The notes beneath the pieces are model-generated. The model searched no databases and was not told where the DNA came from. It saw only the letters and a program-made list of their open reading frames with translations. This document shows positions 49,238 through 58,804 of a DNA stretch of 64,000 bases, in pieces. The DNA is from Sedimentisphaerales bacterium (GTDB lineage: Bacteria > Planctomycetota > Phycisphaerae > Sedimentisphaerales > Anaerobacaceae). The position numbers and the translations under genes were made by a program. Numbering within the stretch: the stretch's first letter is position 1; each line of letters opens with the position of its first letter. Location of the stretch: positions 3,200,001-3,264,000 of the forward strand of contig OY970194.1 of the NCBI GenBank assembly GCA_963708075.1. Reading direction: 5' to 3'.

Positions 49238-49253
49238 TGGCATGGTTATTGCA
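49238..49253 (+). promoter_or_regulatory. Sigma54 promoter of the flgB operon
   Basis: TGGCAT-GGTTA-TTGCA. Confidence 0.85.
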
Positions 49254-49305
49254 GCGTCCCTCGGAACGTCAGAGAGAGTTTGTACAGATACAGAAGGGAT
49301 AGACG

Positions 49306-49668
49306 GTGCCAGAGTCAGGCAACATCATGAATCTGCTCGAGGCAGGCATACGGGCCGAGGAGCTTCGCCAGCGGACCATTGCCAGCAACATCGCCAATAT
49401 CGAGACCCCCGGCTACCGCCGTCTCGACGTCCGGTTCGAGCAGAGCCTGGCCAAGGCCCTGAACTCCCCGGGCGGGGTCGATGCGGATGCGCTCGAAGCG
49501 GAGGTCTATCAGCCGAACGATCCAGCGCTGAAGTCCAACGGCAACAACGTGACCATGGAGGCGGAGATCGGGGACCTGGTGAAGAATTCGCTTCGCTACG
49601 CGACGTACGTCAGGCTTCTGCGAAAGAAGTTCTCGCAGATCGAGGCAACCATCAGTGAGCGGACGTAA
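49306..49668 (+). CDS. flgB: Flagellar basal-body rod protein FlgB
   Basis: RQRTIASNIANIETPGY, NGNNV..E.E. Confidence 0.95.
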   Translation: MPESGNIMNLLEAGIRAEELRQRTIASNIANIETPGYRRLDVRFEQSLAKALNSPGGVDADALEAEVYQPNDPALKSNGNNVTMEAEIGDLVKNSLRYATYVRLLRKKFSQIEATISERT

Positions 49669-49731
49669 CGGAGATACAATGGCCGTGACACGACGAGAAC
49701 GCGAGACTATCACAGGAAAGGATTCGGTGGA

Positions 49732-50136
49732 ATGAGCGTGAGCAAGGTATTCGGTCCCGTGGACATCTCTGTTTCCGGCATGCGTGCCCATGCCAAACAC
49801 ATGGAGGTGATCTCGTCGAACATCGCCAACTCGCGCACCGCCGATGCCGGACAGGGCCAGCCGTACAGGCGGCTGGAGGCGATCTTCAAGGCAGCCGACG
49901 AAGGTGTCAGCGGCGTCGCGGTCGATGATGTCGTCCCGGACAACAGCCCGCTGCAGCGGCTCTACGATCCGGGCAATCCCAGGGCGGACGCCTCCGGCTA
50001 CGTGAGCATGCCCAACGTGCATCTGCCTGTCGAGATGATGAATCTGAACGTCGCCAGTCGTGCCTACCAGGCCAATGCCGCCATCCTCAGACGCTATCAG
50101 AAGATGGTGGAAACCACACTCGAGTTACTCCGGTAA
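49732..50136 (+). CDS. flgC: Flagellar basal-body rod protein FlgC
   Basis: SSNIAN..T, PYRR, YDPGNPRAD..GYV..PNV, SRAYQAN. Confidence 0.95.
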   Translation: MSVSKVFGPVDISVSGMRAHAKHMEVISSNIANSRTADAGQGQPYRRLEAIFKAADEGVSGVAVDDVVPDNSPLQRLYDPGNPRADASGYVSMPNVHLPVEMMNLNVASRAYQANAAILRRYQKMVETTLELLR

Positions 50137-50151
50137 GAGGAGTTCTGCAAA

Positions 50152-50463
50152 ATGATTGAATTCGACCCGAATATCAGCTCGATGCTGCCCGGCACCCGCG
50201 GCGTGACGTCGCAGGCAAATCCTCCGGTGACCAAGGCGGACTTCTCCCAGGCCGTCAAAGCGCTGGGCGACTGCGTCTCGAAGGTAGACGACCTGCAGCA
50301 GACCTCGGATGCATCCGTGCAGGACCTGCTGACGGGCAAGAACAACGATATCACCGCGGTCGTCTCCGCCGTCGCCAAGGCGGACATGAGCTTCAAAGTC
50401 CTCGTGGGCGTGCGAAACAAGCTCATCGAGGCGTATAAGCAAACAATGAATATGCCGTTGTAG
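50152..50463 (+). CDS. fliE: Flagellar hook-basal body complex protein FliE
   Basis: KADMSF....VRNKLIEAYKQTMNMPL. Confidence 0.93.
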   Translation: MIEFDPNISSMLPGTRGVTSQANPPVTKADFSQAVKALGDCVSKVDDLQQTSDASVQDLLTGKNNDITAVVSAVAKADMSFKVLVGVRNKLIEAYKQTMNMPL

Positions 50464-50469
50464 GAGTAG

Positions 50470-50552
50470 CGAAATTGCGGATTGATGATTGCGGATTGCG
50501 GATCAGCAGCTATGAGTCCAAACCGCCATCCGAAATCCCAAATCCGCAATCG
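50470..50552. repeat. Inverted pair of heptamer arrays (ATTGCGG)n ... (AAATCCG/AATCCGC)n
   Basis: fliE-fliF spacer. Confidence 0.8.
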
Positions 50553-50563
50553 AGAGAGGTTCG

Positions 50564-52054
50564 ATGGATGTCCTGCAGAAGATACTCCTGATCTGGCGCA
50601 AGGTCAGCCTCATGCAGCGGGCCCTTCTGGTCGCGGTGGCGGTGGCCTCGGTGCTTGTGGGCTCGCTGCTGGTCCACTGGGCCCGCCGGCCGGACATGCG
50701 GATGCTCTACCAGGACCTCTCCCCGGCGGAAGCCTCCAAGATCACCGACAAGATCAGCGAGAAGCAAATCGCCTACGAGTTGCACGACAGCGGCACGACT
50801 ATCCATGTCCCCGCGCAACACGTCTATCAGCTCCGCCTGGACCTGGCCAAGGACGGTCTGCCGGCAAATGAGCAAAGCGGCTACAAGCTCTTCGACGACG
50901 AGAAGATCGGCGTCAGTCCCTTCGTCCAGAACGTCAATCTGAAACGCGCCCTGGAGGACGAGTTGGCCAAGAGCATCCAGATGATCGACGGCGTCGCCCA
51001 CACCAGGGTTCACATCGTCCACCCGGACCAGGCGGTGTTCGTTGGGGAGGCCGAGCAGACGACCGCCTCGGTGGTTCTGCGGCTCAAGCCGGGCTACCGG
51101 CTCAGCGCCACGAACATCGCCGCCATCACGCACATGGTTTCCGGCAGCGTCAAGGGCCTCAAGACGGAGAACGTCACGATCATCGACAGCGAGGGCAATC
51201 TACTGTCCGGCCAGGGCGACTCCACACTGCTGGCCGGGGCCGGCACCGTCCATGACTACAAGGAAAGAGTCGAGCAAAGCCTCGCCCGCAAAGCCGAGGA
51301 CATGCTCACCACCGTCCTGGGGCCGGGCCGGGCCACTGTCCGCGTCAGCGTCGTGGTGGATATGAACAGCGTCAGCACGATCACGGAGACCTACGATCCG
51401 ACGGCCAAGGTGCCCACGAAGGAGGAAGAAACCTCCACCAAAGAAACGCCCGGGTCGGGTCAACAAGCTGCCGGTGGGACGAAGACAGACACGACGACCG
51501 TGACCGAGTACCAGGTGGGCAAGACCGTCAAGCAGCAGGTGATCGTGCCCGGCGAGATCAAATCGTTGTCGGTCGCAGCCTTTGTCGATCTGTCCCCGGC
51601 CGATGCCAATGCGACGGGCTCTACCGGGCAGCCGGCCCAGATCATGCAAGTCACAGAGGTTGAGCAGATCATCCGGATGGCGCTGGGACTGAAGGAGTCG
51701 GACTCGCTGAAAGTCGTCAACGCGAAGTTCCGCCGGTCGAGCACACCGCCGGCAGAGGAGGAGTCTTCGAAATGGCCTCGTTATCTGGCTCTGGCGAGGC
51801 AGATGTCGCTCGGCATCATGGCCGTCTGCGCCCTGCTCGTGCTGCGGGTGTTCCGTCGTGCGCACCGCAAAGCGGCCGCCGAGGCACCCGTGCAACAACA
51901 ACTGGCGGAAGGCGCGGGCCCGGCACGTCTCCCTTCCTCCGGCGAACCGGGCGGCGAGCCCATCATGCTCAGAAGGCAGATCACACATGCATTGAGAAGC
52001 AATCCCGATCAGGTGAAGGAAATGTTCCTCAGTTGGATTGACGAGAAGGAGTAA
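50564..52054 (+). CDS. fliF: Flagellar MS-ring protein FliF
   Basis: GYKLFD, RALEDELAKSI, RVHIV, ASVVL, SGSVKGL..ENVTIID; two TM helices. Confidence 0.95.
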   Translation: MDVLQKILLIWRKVSLMQRALLVAVAVASVLVGSLLVHWARRPDMRMLYQDLSPAEASKITDKISEKQIAYELHDSGTTIHVPAQHVYQLRLDLAKDGLPANEQSGYKLFDDEKIGVSPFVQNVNLKRALEDELAKSIQMIDGVAHTRVHIVHPDQAVFVGEAEQTTASVVLRLKPGYRLSATNIAAITHMVSGSVKGLKTENVTIIDSEGNLLSGQGDSTLLAGAGTVHDYKERVEQSLARKAEDMLTTVLGPGRATVRVSVVVDMNSVSTITETYDPTAKVPTKEEETSTKETPGSGQQAAGGTKTDTTTVTEYQVGKTVKQQVIVPGEIKSLSVAAFVDLSPADANATGSTGQPAQIMQVTEVEQIIRMALGLKESDSLKVVNAKFRRSSTPPAEEESSKWPRYLALARQMSLGIMAVCALLVLRVFRRAHRKAAAEAPVQQQLAEGAGPARLPSSGEPGGEPIMLRRQITHALRSNPDQVKEMFLSWIDEKE

Positions 52055-52060
52055 GTCACC

Positions 52061-53065
52061 TTGGCGCTCACAGGAAAACAAAGAGCCGCTCTTCTCCTGG
52101 CCAGCCTGGACCCGGCGACCGCCGCGGAGATGCTCAAGGGCGTGGATACAAAGGTCGTCCAGGAGTTGGCGGTCGAGCTGAGCTACCTCGACGCGGCCGG
52201 ACAGCGAAACGCCCGGCAAACGGCCGATATCGCGCGCCAATTCTGTAAATCGCTCCAGGAGCAGTCCGGCTTTCACTTCAAAAGTTTCCTGCGCGAGATG
52301 CTCAAGAATACGGTCGGCGAAGACAAGGCCAAGCAAATCCAGCGGGACGTGCAGGACCTCATAGAGAAGCGCGATCCATTTCTCACGATCCGATCGGCCC
52401 CGCTGGAAACGCTGGTGGGCGTGCTCGAGACGGAGCACCCGCAGGCCGTGGCGGTAGTGCTGTCCGAGCTTCCCGCCAAGCGAGGTTCGGAGATTCTGGG
52501 CCGCCTTGGCGAGGGTATGCGGGTCAGCACCGTCAACCGAATGACCACCGTCGGCGGCATCACACCGGAGGCCAAGGCACGGATCGCGCAAATGGTCCGC
52601 CAGCGCATCGAGGCGATGAGCACGGGCAGCCAGGCCGGCGGGGCCATTCAGGTCCGCCCGGAGCAGTCGCTTCGAAAGGTCGCCGTCATCGTGCGCAACC
52701 TCGACAAGGAAATCCGCGACGGCGTGCTCGAGGCCATTATCCAAAAGGACAAGGAGGTCGGCGACAAAGTGGCCGGCCTCATGATCGTCTGGGAGGACAT
52801 TCCCTCCGTGAACGATCGCTCGCTCCAGCAAGGCCTTCGCGGCATCGACGAGCGGCAGTTGGCCCTGGCCCTGCAGGGAGCGCCCGAGGAAATCAGCGGC
52901 AAGATCAAGAGCAATATCTCCGAGCGGGCGGCCGCCATGGTGGATGAAGAAACGTCACTGATGGCCTCACCGAAGAAAGAGGATGTCCGCCAGGCGAGAG
53001 AAAAGGTCGTCACCGCCCTGCGCGATCTGAATAAAAAGGGAGAGCTGACGTTCGTGGAAGAATAG
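52061..53065 (+). CDS. fliG: Flagellar motor switch protein FliG
   Basis: LTGKQRAALLL, EHPQAVAVVL, LALALQGA, NISERAA. Confidence 0.93.
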   Translation: MALTGKQRAALLLASLDPATAAEMLKGVDTKVVQELAVELSYLDAAGQRNARQTADIARQFCKSLQEQSGFHFKSFLREMLKNTVGEDKAKQIQRDVQDLIEKRDPFLTIRSAPLETLVGVLETEHPQAVAVVLSELPAKRGSEILGRLGEGMRVSTVNRMTTVGGITPEAKARIAQMVRQRIEAMSTGSQAGGAIQVRPEQSLRKVAVIVRNLDKEIRDGVLEAIIQKDKEVGDKVAGLMIVWEDIPSVNDRSLQQGLRGIDERQLALALQGAPEEISGKIKSNISERAAAMVDEETSLMASPKKEDVRQAREKVVTALRDLNKKGELTFVEE

Positions 53066-53069
53066 AGCG

Positions 53070-53639
53070 ATGCCCGAGACGCTGACGATCCATCTTGCTC
53101 ATCCTGTCACTATGGCACGCCTGGCCGACGCCATCGAGGCGTCCTCACAGGTCCAGGCGGGGGTACGGGAAATCCGGAATTTGAAATCTGAAATTCCAGA
53201 TGAGAACGGTCGCTCGCAGGAGTTGACGCAGTTGTGCGGCTTGGTAGAAAGCCTCGCGGAGCAACTCAGCCGGCTCCATGAGGAGGCGATCGCCGACCAT
53301 CGAGGCGACATCGCCAGGCTCGCCGTCGAGATCGCCAGAAAGATTCTGACGCAGAGGGTCGCCAGTGGGGATTACGACGTTCAGGCCGTCATCGAGGAGG
53401 CCCTCAAGCGTGCGCCGACCCACCAGAACATCATCGTGCGAGTGAATCCGCAGGACCTGCCGGCGTGCCAGAAGCTCCAGCAGAAGGATGCGGAGAGTCC
53501 ATTCGCGGCATTGGAGTTTGTCGGCGACCGGGGCATTGCCCGGGCCGACTGCCTCGTGGAAACCCCCAAGGGGATCGTCAGGTCGTTTGTCGAGCAGCAC
53601 CTCGAACGCATCGGCGAGGCGCTCGGGAGGGCGGAGTAA
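53070..53639 (+). CDS. fliH: Flagellar assembly protein FliH
   Basis: LAVEIARKI, VRVNPQD, CLVETPKG; lies between fliG and fliI. Confidence 0.88.
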   Translation: MPETLTIHLAHPVTMARLADAIEASSQVQAGVREIRNLKSEIPDENGRSQELTQLCGLVESLAEQLSRLHEEAIADHRGDIARLAVEIARKILTQRVASGDYDVQAVIEEALKRAPTHQNIIVRVNPQDLPACQKLQQKDAESPFAALEFVGDRGIARADCLVETPKGIVRSFVEQHLERIGEALGRAE

Positions 53640-53642
53640 TCC

Positions 53643-54995
53643 ATGGCCGGCGGAACGTGCCAGATCGATTTCGACAGGTACTACTCAGTCCTGCAGACGG
53701 TGAACCTGATGGACTGCCAGGGCTCCGTGGTCCGCGTCTCCGGCTCGACCGTGGAATCGGCGGGCCCGGTCATTGGACTGGGCGAGCTTTGCGGCATTCA
53801 CATCCGCGACGGCCGCCGGGTGCTGGCCGAGGTCGTCGGATTTCGCAGCGACCACCTGATCCTCCTGCCGTTGGAACATATCGAGGGGATTTCACCCGGC
53901 GACACGGTCACCGCGCGATCGACCCCGCGACACATCCTGCTCAGCGACGCGGTCCTTGGGCGCGTGCTCAACGGCCTGGGCGAGCCCATCGACGGGAAAG
54001 GTCCCTTGCAGGGAACCGATGAAAGTCCGCTGGATGTCAGCAGTCCCGCCGCCCTGACTCGCGAGAAGATCACAAAGCCGCTGGCTCTGGGCATCCGCTC
54101 GATTGATGGCGTGCTAACCTGCGGCAGAGGCCAGCGAGTGGGGATCTTCGCCGGCAGCGGTGTGGGCAAGAGCGTGCTGCTGGGCGATATCGCCAACTCG
54201 AGCGACGCCGTGGTCAACGTGGTCGCCCTGATCGGCGAGCGCGGGCGTGAGGTCCGCGAGTTTCTGGAGGAGAACCTGGGTCCTGAGGGTCTGGCGCGCA
54301 GCGTGGTGGTGGTAGCCGCCTCCGATACGCCTCCCATCCAGCGGGTCAAGGCCGCCTTTGTCGCCGTCACCGTGGCCGAGTATTTCCGGGACAGGGCGAA
54401 GAACGTGCTGTTCATGATGGACTCGCTGACGCGTTTTGCACAGGCGCAGCGGGAGATCGGCCTGGCCGCCGGCGAGCCGCCCGCGACGAAAGGGTACTGT
54501 CCCAGTGTCTTTGCCCTGCTGCCCCGCCTGATCGAGCGGCTCGGCTGCTCCGACTCGGGCAGCATCACCGGGATTCTCACGGTCCTTGTGGAGAACGACG
54601 ACCTCACGGACCCGGTCGCCGACAGCGCCCGCAGCCTGCTGGATGGGCACATCGTCCTGTCGCGCAAGCTGGCCGACCGGGGCCACTACCCGGCCGTGGA
54701 CATCCTGCAGAGTGTCAGCCGCCTGATGCCTGCGGTGGTCAGCGCCGAGCACTGTGCCGCGGCCCGAAAGCTCAAGGAGATCTACGCCACGTACATCGAC
54801 GCCGAGGACCTGATCAATATCGGCGCCTTCTCGCGAGGCAGCAACCGGCGAATCGACGGCGCTATCAGCCTGATCGACCACATCAACGAATTCCTCGTGC
54901 AGCCGGTGCGCCAGAGAACCTTGTTCGCAGAAACCGAAAAGCAGTTGATCGCGATTACCCGCGCGTGGGACAGACTGATCACCCTCAAGAACTGA
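53643..54995 (+). CDS. fliI: Flagellar export ATPase FliI
   Basis: Walker A AGSGVGKS, IGERGREV, DSLTRFA, LDGHIVL. Confidence 0.96.
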   Translation: MAGGTCQIDFDRYYSVLQTVNLMDCQGSVVRVSGSTVESAGPVIGLGELCGIHIRDGRRVLAEVVGFRSDHLILLPLEHIEGISPGDTVTARSTPRHILLSDAVLGRVLNGLGEPIDGKGPLQGTDESPLDVSSPAALTREKITKPLALGIRSIDGVLTCGRGQRVGIFAGSGVGKSVLLGDIANSSDAVVNVVALIGERGREVREFLEENLGPEGLARSVVVVAASDTPPIQRVKAAFVAVTVAEYFRDRAKNVLFMMDSLTRFAQAQREIGLAAGEPPATKGYCPSVFALLPRLIERLGCSDSGSITGILTVLVENDDLTDPVADSARSLLDGHIVLSRKLADRGHYPAVDILQSVSRLMPAVVSAEHCAAARKLKEIYATYIDAEDLINIGAFSRGSNRRIDGAISLIDHINEFLVQPVRQRTLFAETEKQLIAITRAWDRLITLKN

Positions 54996-55007
54996 GACCG
55001 ACCGTAA

Positions 55008-55460
55008 ATGAAACGTTTCGTGTGGCGTCTGCAGAAGGTGCTCGATGTCAGGGCAAAACAGGAAGAGATCAAGCGGATCGAGCTGGTTCGATTGACGGAG
55101 AGACTGGCAGAGAAACAGAGTGAGTTGCTCATGTGTCAACGGGTGCTGCAGGACATCATCAACGGAATATCGCGGGATTCATCCTCGCGACGGCTGACGG
55201 CGCAGGAGTTTTTTCTGAAACAGGCGGCGACCAGCGATGAGCGGATTCGCACGCTCAGGAGCGAGATGGCAGAGCTGGAGGCCCGGCAGAAGGAGAAAAC
55301 CGCGGAGCTGCTGGCCGTGCGGCGGTCCAGGGAGGCCATGGAGCGCCTGCGGGAGGAAGCCCGTGAACAATTCATCCGTGAACAGGAGAAGCTGGAACAA
55401 AAGGAGCTCGACGAAAGGTCTACTGTGGCCTTCGCCCGCCGGGAAAGCATGAAGGGATGA
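55008..55460 (+). CDS. fliJ: Flagellar export chaperone FliJ
   Basis: MKRFVWRLQKVLDVR...EQKELDE coiled coil, downstream of fliI. Confidence 0.9.
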   Translation: MKRFVWRLQKVLDVRAKQEEIKRIELVRLTERLAEKQSELLMCQRVLQDIINGISRDSSSRRLTAQEFFLKQAATSDERIRTLRSEMAELEARQKEKTAELLAVRRSREAMERLREEAREQFIREQEKLEQKELDERSTVAFARRESMKG

Positions 55461-55494
55461 CGCCGGACCGCAGTGAACTCTCAGGGAGCTTTGT

Positions 55495-55561
55495 GGTGTG
55501 CAGTGCACACCCTACATGCCCATGCGACGCCGGACAATATGTAGGGTGTGCATCGCACACC
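55495..55561. repeat. GTAG-family REP doublet
   Basis: GGTGTGCAGTGCACACCCTAC (55495-55515) and GTAGGGTGTGCATCGCACACC (55541-55561), inverted relative to each other, each with an internal palindrome. Confidence 0.8.
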
Positions 55562-55593
55562 TTTCTATGCTGTTTTAGACAGGAGTGCTTCAC

Positions 55594-56310
55594 GTGAACA
55601 TGAAAGCGATTGTCATTACGGCAGCCGCCGGGGTGGTCAGCTTCGGCGGGGCATTCGCCGTCGGTTGGTTCACCCGGCCCGCGCCCATAGAGACGGCAGC
55701 GGCTGAAGCTCAGCCGGACGGCGCCGCACAGGCTCACAAGACGGGGGAGCCGCAGGTGCAGGTCCTGACGCCCACCGCCGGATCGCCTGGGGACAACGCC
55801 GGCGCACGCGCCATGACGGAGCAACAGCTCAAGGAGCTGGTCTACGAGCTGCGGGAGAAGATGCAGGAGTACGATCAGAAGCTCAAGTCCCTGGAGAAGG
55901 ACCGCGAGCGGCTGCAGATCGCCCACCAGGGCCTGAACAAGGACATTGAGACTCTGAACGATCTTCGCGTGGACATCGCCACCACGGCCGCCGGAGTGAA
56001 GACCGAGAGAGACATGCTCCTCAAGACACGGGTCGAAGTCGAGCAGACGGAAAAGGCAAATCTCACAGCGATTGCGGCCGCCTATGACAAGATGGACGCC
56101 ACGCGGGCCAGCGAGATTCTCAAGAGCATGGCCGTGGGGCAGAGCCAGAGCGGCGCGGCCAAAAGGGTCAGCGCCGACGACGCCATCAAGATCCTTCATT
56201 TCATGCAGGACAGGACCAAGGCCAAGGTCCTGGCCGAGCTGGCGGCCACGGAGCCCGCCCTGGCCGCGACGCTTTGCCAGAGGCTCAAACAGGTAACGGA
56301 GACCAGGTGA
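55594..56310 (+). CDS. MotE/FlbB(YlxF)-like flagellar protein
   Basis: N-terminal TM, coiled coil, YDKMDATRASEIL...AIKIL..M..RTKAKVLAEL (MgtE-N-like). Confidence 0.75.
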   Translation: MNMKAIVITAAAGVVSFGGAFAVGWFTRPAPIETAAAEAQPDGAAQAHKTGEPQVQVLTPTAGSPGDNAGARAMTEQQLKELVYELREKMQEYDQKLKSLEKDRERLQIAHQGLNKDIETLNDLRVDIATTAAGVKTERDMLLKTRVEVEQTEKANLTAIAAAYDKMDATRASEILKSMAVGQSQSGAAKRVSADDAIKILHFMQDRTKAKVLAELAATEPALAATLCQRLKQVTETR

Positions 56311-56314
56311 CGGC

Positions 56315-57091
56315 ATGGATATCGCAACAGCGTTAGGTGTGATCTTAGGCTTCGTGGTCATTCTCGGAACGATCGCCTATGAGAGCCACGGGGGCATGGC
56401 CATCTTCTTCAACGTCCCGGCTCTCGCGATCGTCTTTGGCGGCACGACGTGCGCGACCATGATCCATTTCTCCATGGGGCAGTTCATCGGGGTCTTGTCC
56501 GTGGTCAAGAAAACACTCCTGAGCCGCATCCCCGCCCCGCAGGAGCTGATCCAGAGAATGGTCAACTACTCCGCGATCAACCGGCGGGACGGCGCCCTGG
56601 CCCTGGAGCAGGAGATCGGCAAAACGAGGGACCAGTTCCTGTCGAAGGGCCTGCAGATGCTCGTGGATGGGGCGGACGAGCACGCCATCCGTGACCTGCT
56701 CGGCATGGAAATCCAGTACATGGAGGAGCGGCACGCCATGGGCAAGAAGATCCTGGATTTCATGGGGGCCTCAGCGCCCTCGTTTGCCATGGTCGGCACG
56801 CTGATCGGTCTGATTTCGATGCTCAGCCGGATGGAGAGCCCCGACGAGATCGGCGCCGGCATGGCCGTCGCCCTCGTCTGCACCTTCTATGGCGCCCTGA
56901 TCGCCAATCTGGTCTTCATCCCCATGGGCGGCAAGCTTGGGCAGTACTCCAAGGCGGAAAAGATCTCGATGGAAATGGTCCTGGAGGGCGTCTGCTCGAT
57001 CGCCAAGGGTGACAATCCGACGGCCGTAAGTGAAAAGATGCAGGTGTTCATCTCCGCAAAACGCCGCGAGGCGGTGAAAGCCAAGGTCTGA
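56315..57091 (+). CDS. motA: Stator protein MotA/PomA
   Basis: MDIATALG, VFGGT, RRDGALALE, GLQMLVDG, MVGTLIGLI, TFYG. Confidence 0.94.
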   Translation: MDIATALGVILGFVVILGTIAYESHGGMAIFFNVPALAIVFGGTTCATMIHFSMGQFIGVLSVVKKTLLSRIPAPQELIQRMVNYSAINRRDGALALEQEIGKTRDQFLSKGLQMLVDGADEHAIRDLLGMEIQYMEERHAMGKKILDFMGASAPSFAMVGTLIGLISMLSRMESPDEIGAGMAVALVCTFYGALIANLVFIPMGGKLGQYSKAEKISMEMVLEGVCSIAKGDNPTAVSEKMQVFISAKRREAVKAKV

Positions 57092-57092
57092 T

Positions 57093-57197
57093 CGATTTGA
57101 GAATTACGATTTACGATTTGAAGGGACTATTTCCAGGCCATGCCACCGGCCCGGGATCAGACGCGCGGTCCAAAATTGCAAATAGTAAACCGTAATT
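57093..57197. repeat. Inverted pair of heptamer arrays in the motA-motB spacer
   Basis: gatttga gaattac gatttac gatttga ... aaattgc aaatagt aaaccgt aatt. Confidence 0.75.
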
Positions 57198-57208
57198 GGT
57201 GAGTTGGA

Positions 57209-57877
57209 ATGGCACACGGGAAACAGAAACCAAAACAAGAAGAAGAATCCGGCGAGGGAGCGCCGCTGTGGATTATCTCCTTCGCCGACATGATGTCGCT
57301 GCTCATGGCGTTCTTCGTGATGCTCTCGACGTTCTCCTCGTTTGGGCCGGCCGAGGCGGAGAAGCTGCAGAAAGCCATGACGGCGGCGCTATCGCCGAAT
57401 TTCCTCGGCGGCTGGAACCCGTTCTCGCCCAGGCCGGCCGTAGGACCCCAGGCCATCGCCGCCGGCCAGCAGGAAAAAGGCAGCGACAAGCCCACGCTCG
57501 AAGAGACGCAGGGAAAGGGCCTGCTCGCCGAGACGAAGGCCGAGGAGTTCAGGACACGCAAGGTGTTCCTGATCGAGTCGAGAAAAGTGTTCTGGGGCGC
57601 TGGGGCGACACTGTCCCGAGATGGGCGGGATTTTCTCGATACTCTGGCCGCCTTCGCCGCCAAGATGCCCGGCCGAATCGTCATCGCCGAGAGCGGCCCC
57701 GGGGATGACACGGAACTTGGATTCAACCGGGCGCTGCGGACGCTGACGTATCTCGCGTCCCGAGGCGTGGCAAAGGATCGTTGCTGCATCGCGGCCAAGG
57801 GCACGCTGCCGGATCAGGACTCCGGGTCGGAACGAACATTGGAAATCGCGATTCTCGATGAGAGCATCTACAAGTGA
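57209..57877 (+). CDS. motB: Stator protein MotB, copy 1 (degenerate OmpA-like domain)
   Basis: APLWIISFADMMSLLMAFFVML TM with conserved Asp; C-terminal RA....YL..RGV...CIAA. Confidence 0.85.
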   Translation: MAHGKQKPKQEEESGEGAPLWIISFADMMSLLMAFFVMLSTFSSFGPAEAEKLQKAMTAALSPNFLGGWNPFSPRPAVGPQAIAAGQQEKGSDKPTLEETQGKGLLAETKAEEFRTRKVFLIESRKVFWGAGATLSRDGRDFLDTLAAFAAKMPGRIVIAESGPGDDTELGFNRALRTLTYLASRGVAKDRCCIAAKGTLPDQDSGSERTLEIAILDESIYK

Positions 57878-58638
57878 AAAAGCATAAGCCGGCACCTGCC
57901 CAGGAAGAAAAGGGGGAATGCGCACCGCTGTGGATCATCTCCTTCGCGGACATGATCTCGCTGCTGATGGCGTTCTTCGTCATGCTCCTGACCATGTCCA
58001 CCGCCCGAAGCGGCAAGCTGTGCAACGAGGGCGAAGGGATCTTCGAGAAGACGCTCTATGGATTCCGCAGGACCATCGCGGGGTTCGGGATGCCGGGGTT
58101 GTTCGGCACCCCTGCCGAGGGACTGGAATTCGATAGCCCCAAGGTGTACTACCCGATCAGCGACGGGGACGACCAGGATGTCCAGAGAACCGTCGATGCC
58201 CGCGAGGAGAAGACCCGGCGGACCTTCCAGCAACTGCAGGCACGGGCCCGGACCTATGAAGCCCAGGTGCGCGGCCGGAATCCCAACTTCGTGGTCCTGC
58301 CGATTGCGTTCGATCGGGGACAGGCCGCTCTCAGTGAATCCGCCTCGCAATTCCTGAAGACGTTCACGAAGAACCTGACAGGCTTTTCCTCCGTCGAGGG
58401 ACTCCAGATCTATGTGGTGGGGCTCGCCGCGGATGAGCTGGACGAAAAAGAACAGTGGCTGCTCTCCGCCCGGCGAGCCGAGGCGGTCGCCACGTTCTTG
58501 CGCGACGAGTTTTCCTCGGAAGCGAACTGTCGCGTCTTCTCGTGGGGAGCGGCGGCCGGAGGCGACTGGGTGAAACAGGACGGCCCGATGTCCCCGCAGT
58601 CCCAGATCGCCGTGGCCGTCCTCAAACCGAACAACTGA
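57874..58638 (+). CDS. motB: Stator protein MotB, copy 2
   Basis: APLWIISFADMISLLMAFFVML; FDRGQAAL, WLLSARRAEAV; GTGA overlap with copy 1. Confidence 0.85.
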   Translation: MKKHKPAPAQEEKGECAPLWIISFADMISLLMAFFVMLLTMSTARSGKLCNEGEGIFEKTLYGFRRTIAGFGMPGLFGTPAEGLEFDSPKVYYPISDGDDQDVQRTVDAREEKTRRTFQQLQARARTYEAQVRGRNPNFVVLPIAFDRGQAALSESASQFLKTFTKNLTGFSSVEGLQIYVVGLAADELDEKEQWLLSARRAEAVATFLRDEFSSEANCRVFSWGAAAGGDWVKQDGPMSPQSQIAVAVLKPNN

Positions 58639-58730
58639 GTCTGTCTATTTCTTCGACATGATGACCATTCTTCAGTCGCCGGCCCCTCCGGGGCCCCGCC
58701 CGGCGCTCGTACAAGCATGTACCCCGCCCG

Positions 58731-58746
58731 TGGCACGCCGTTTGCA
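58731..58746 (+). promoter_or_regulatory. Sigma54 promoter of the fliO operon
   Basis: TGGCAC-GCCGT-TTGCA. Confidence 0.85.
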
Positions 58747-58804
58747 CACCATGTCGCAACAACGGGCATCGAGAATGCCTATTGCTTGAGAATATGAGGC
58801 CGGC

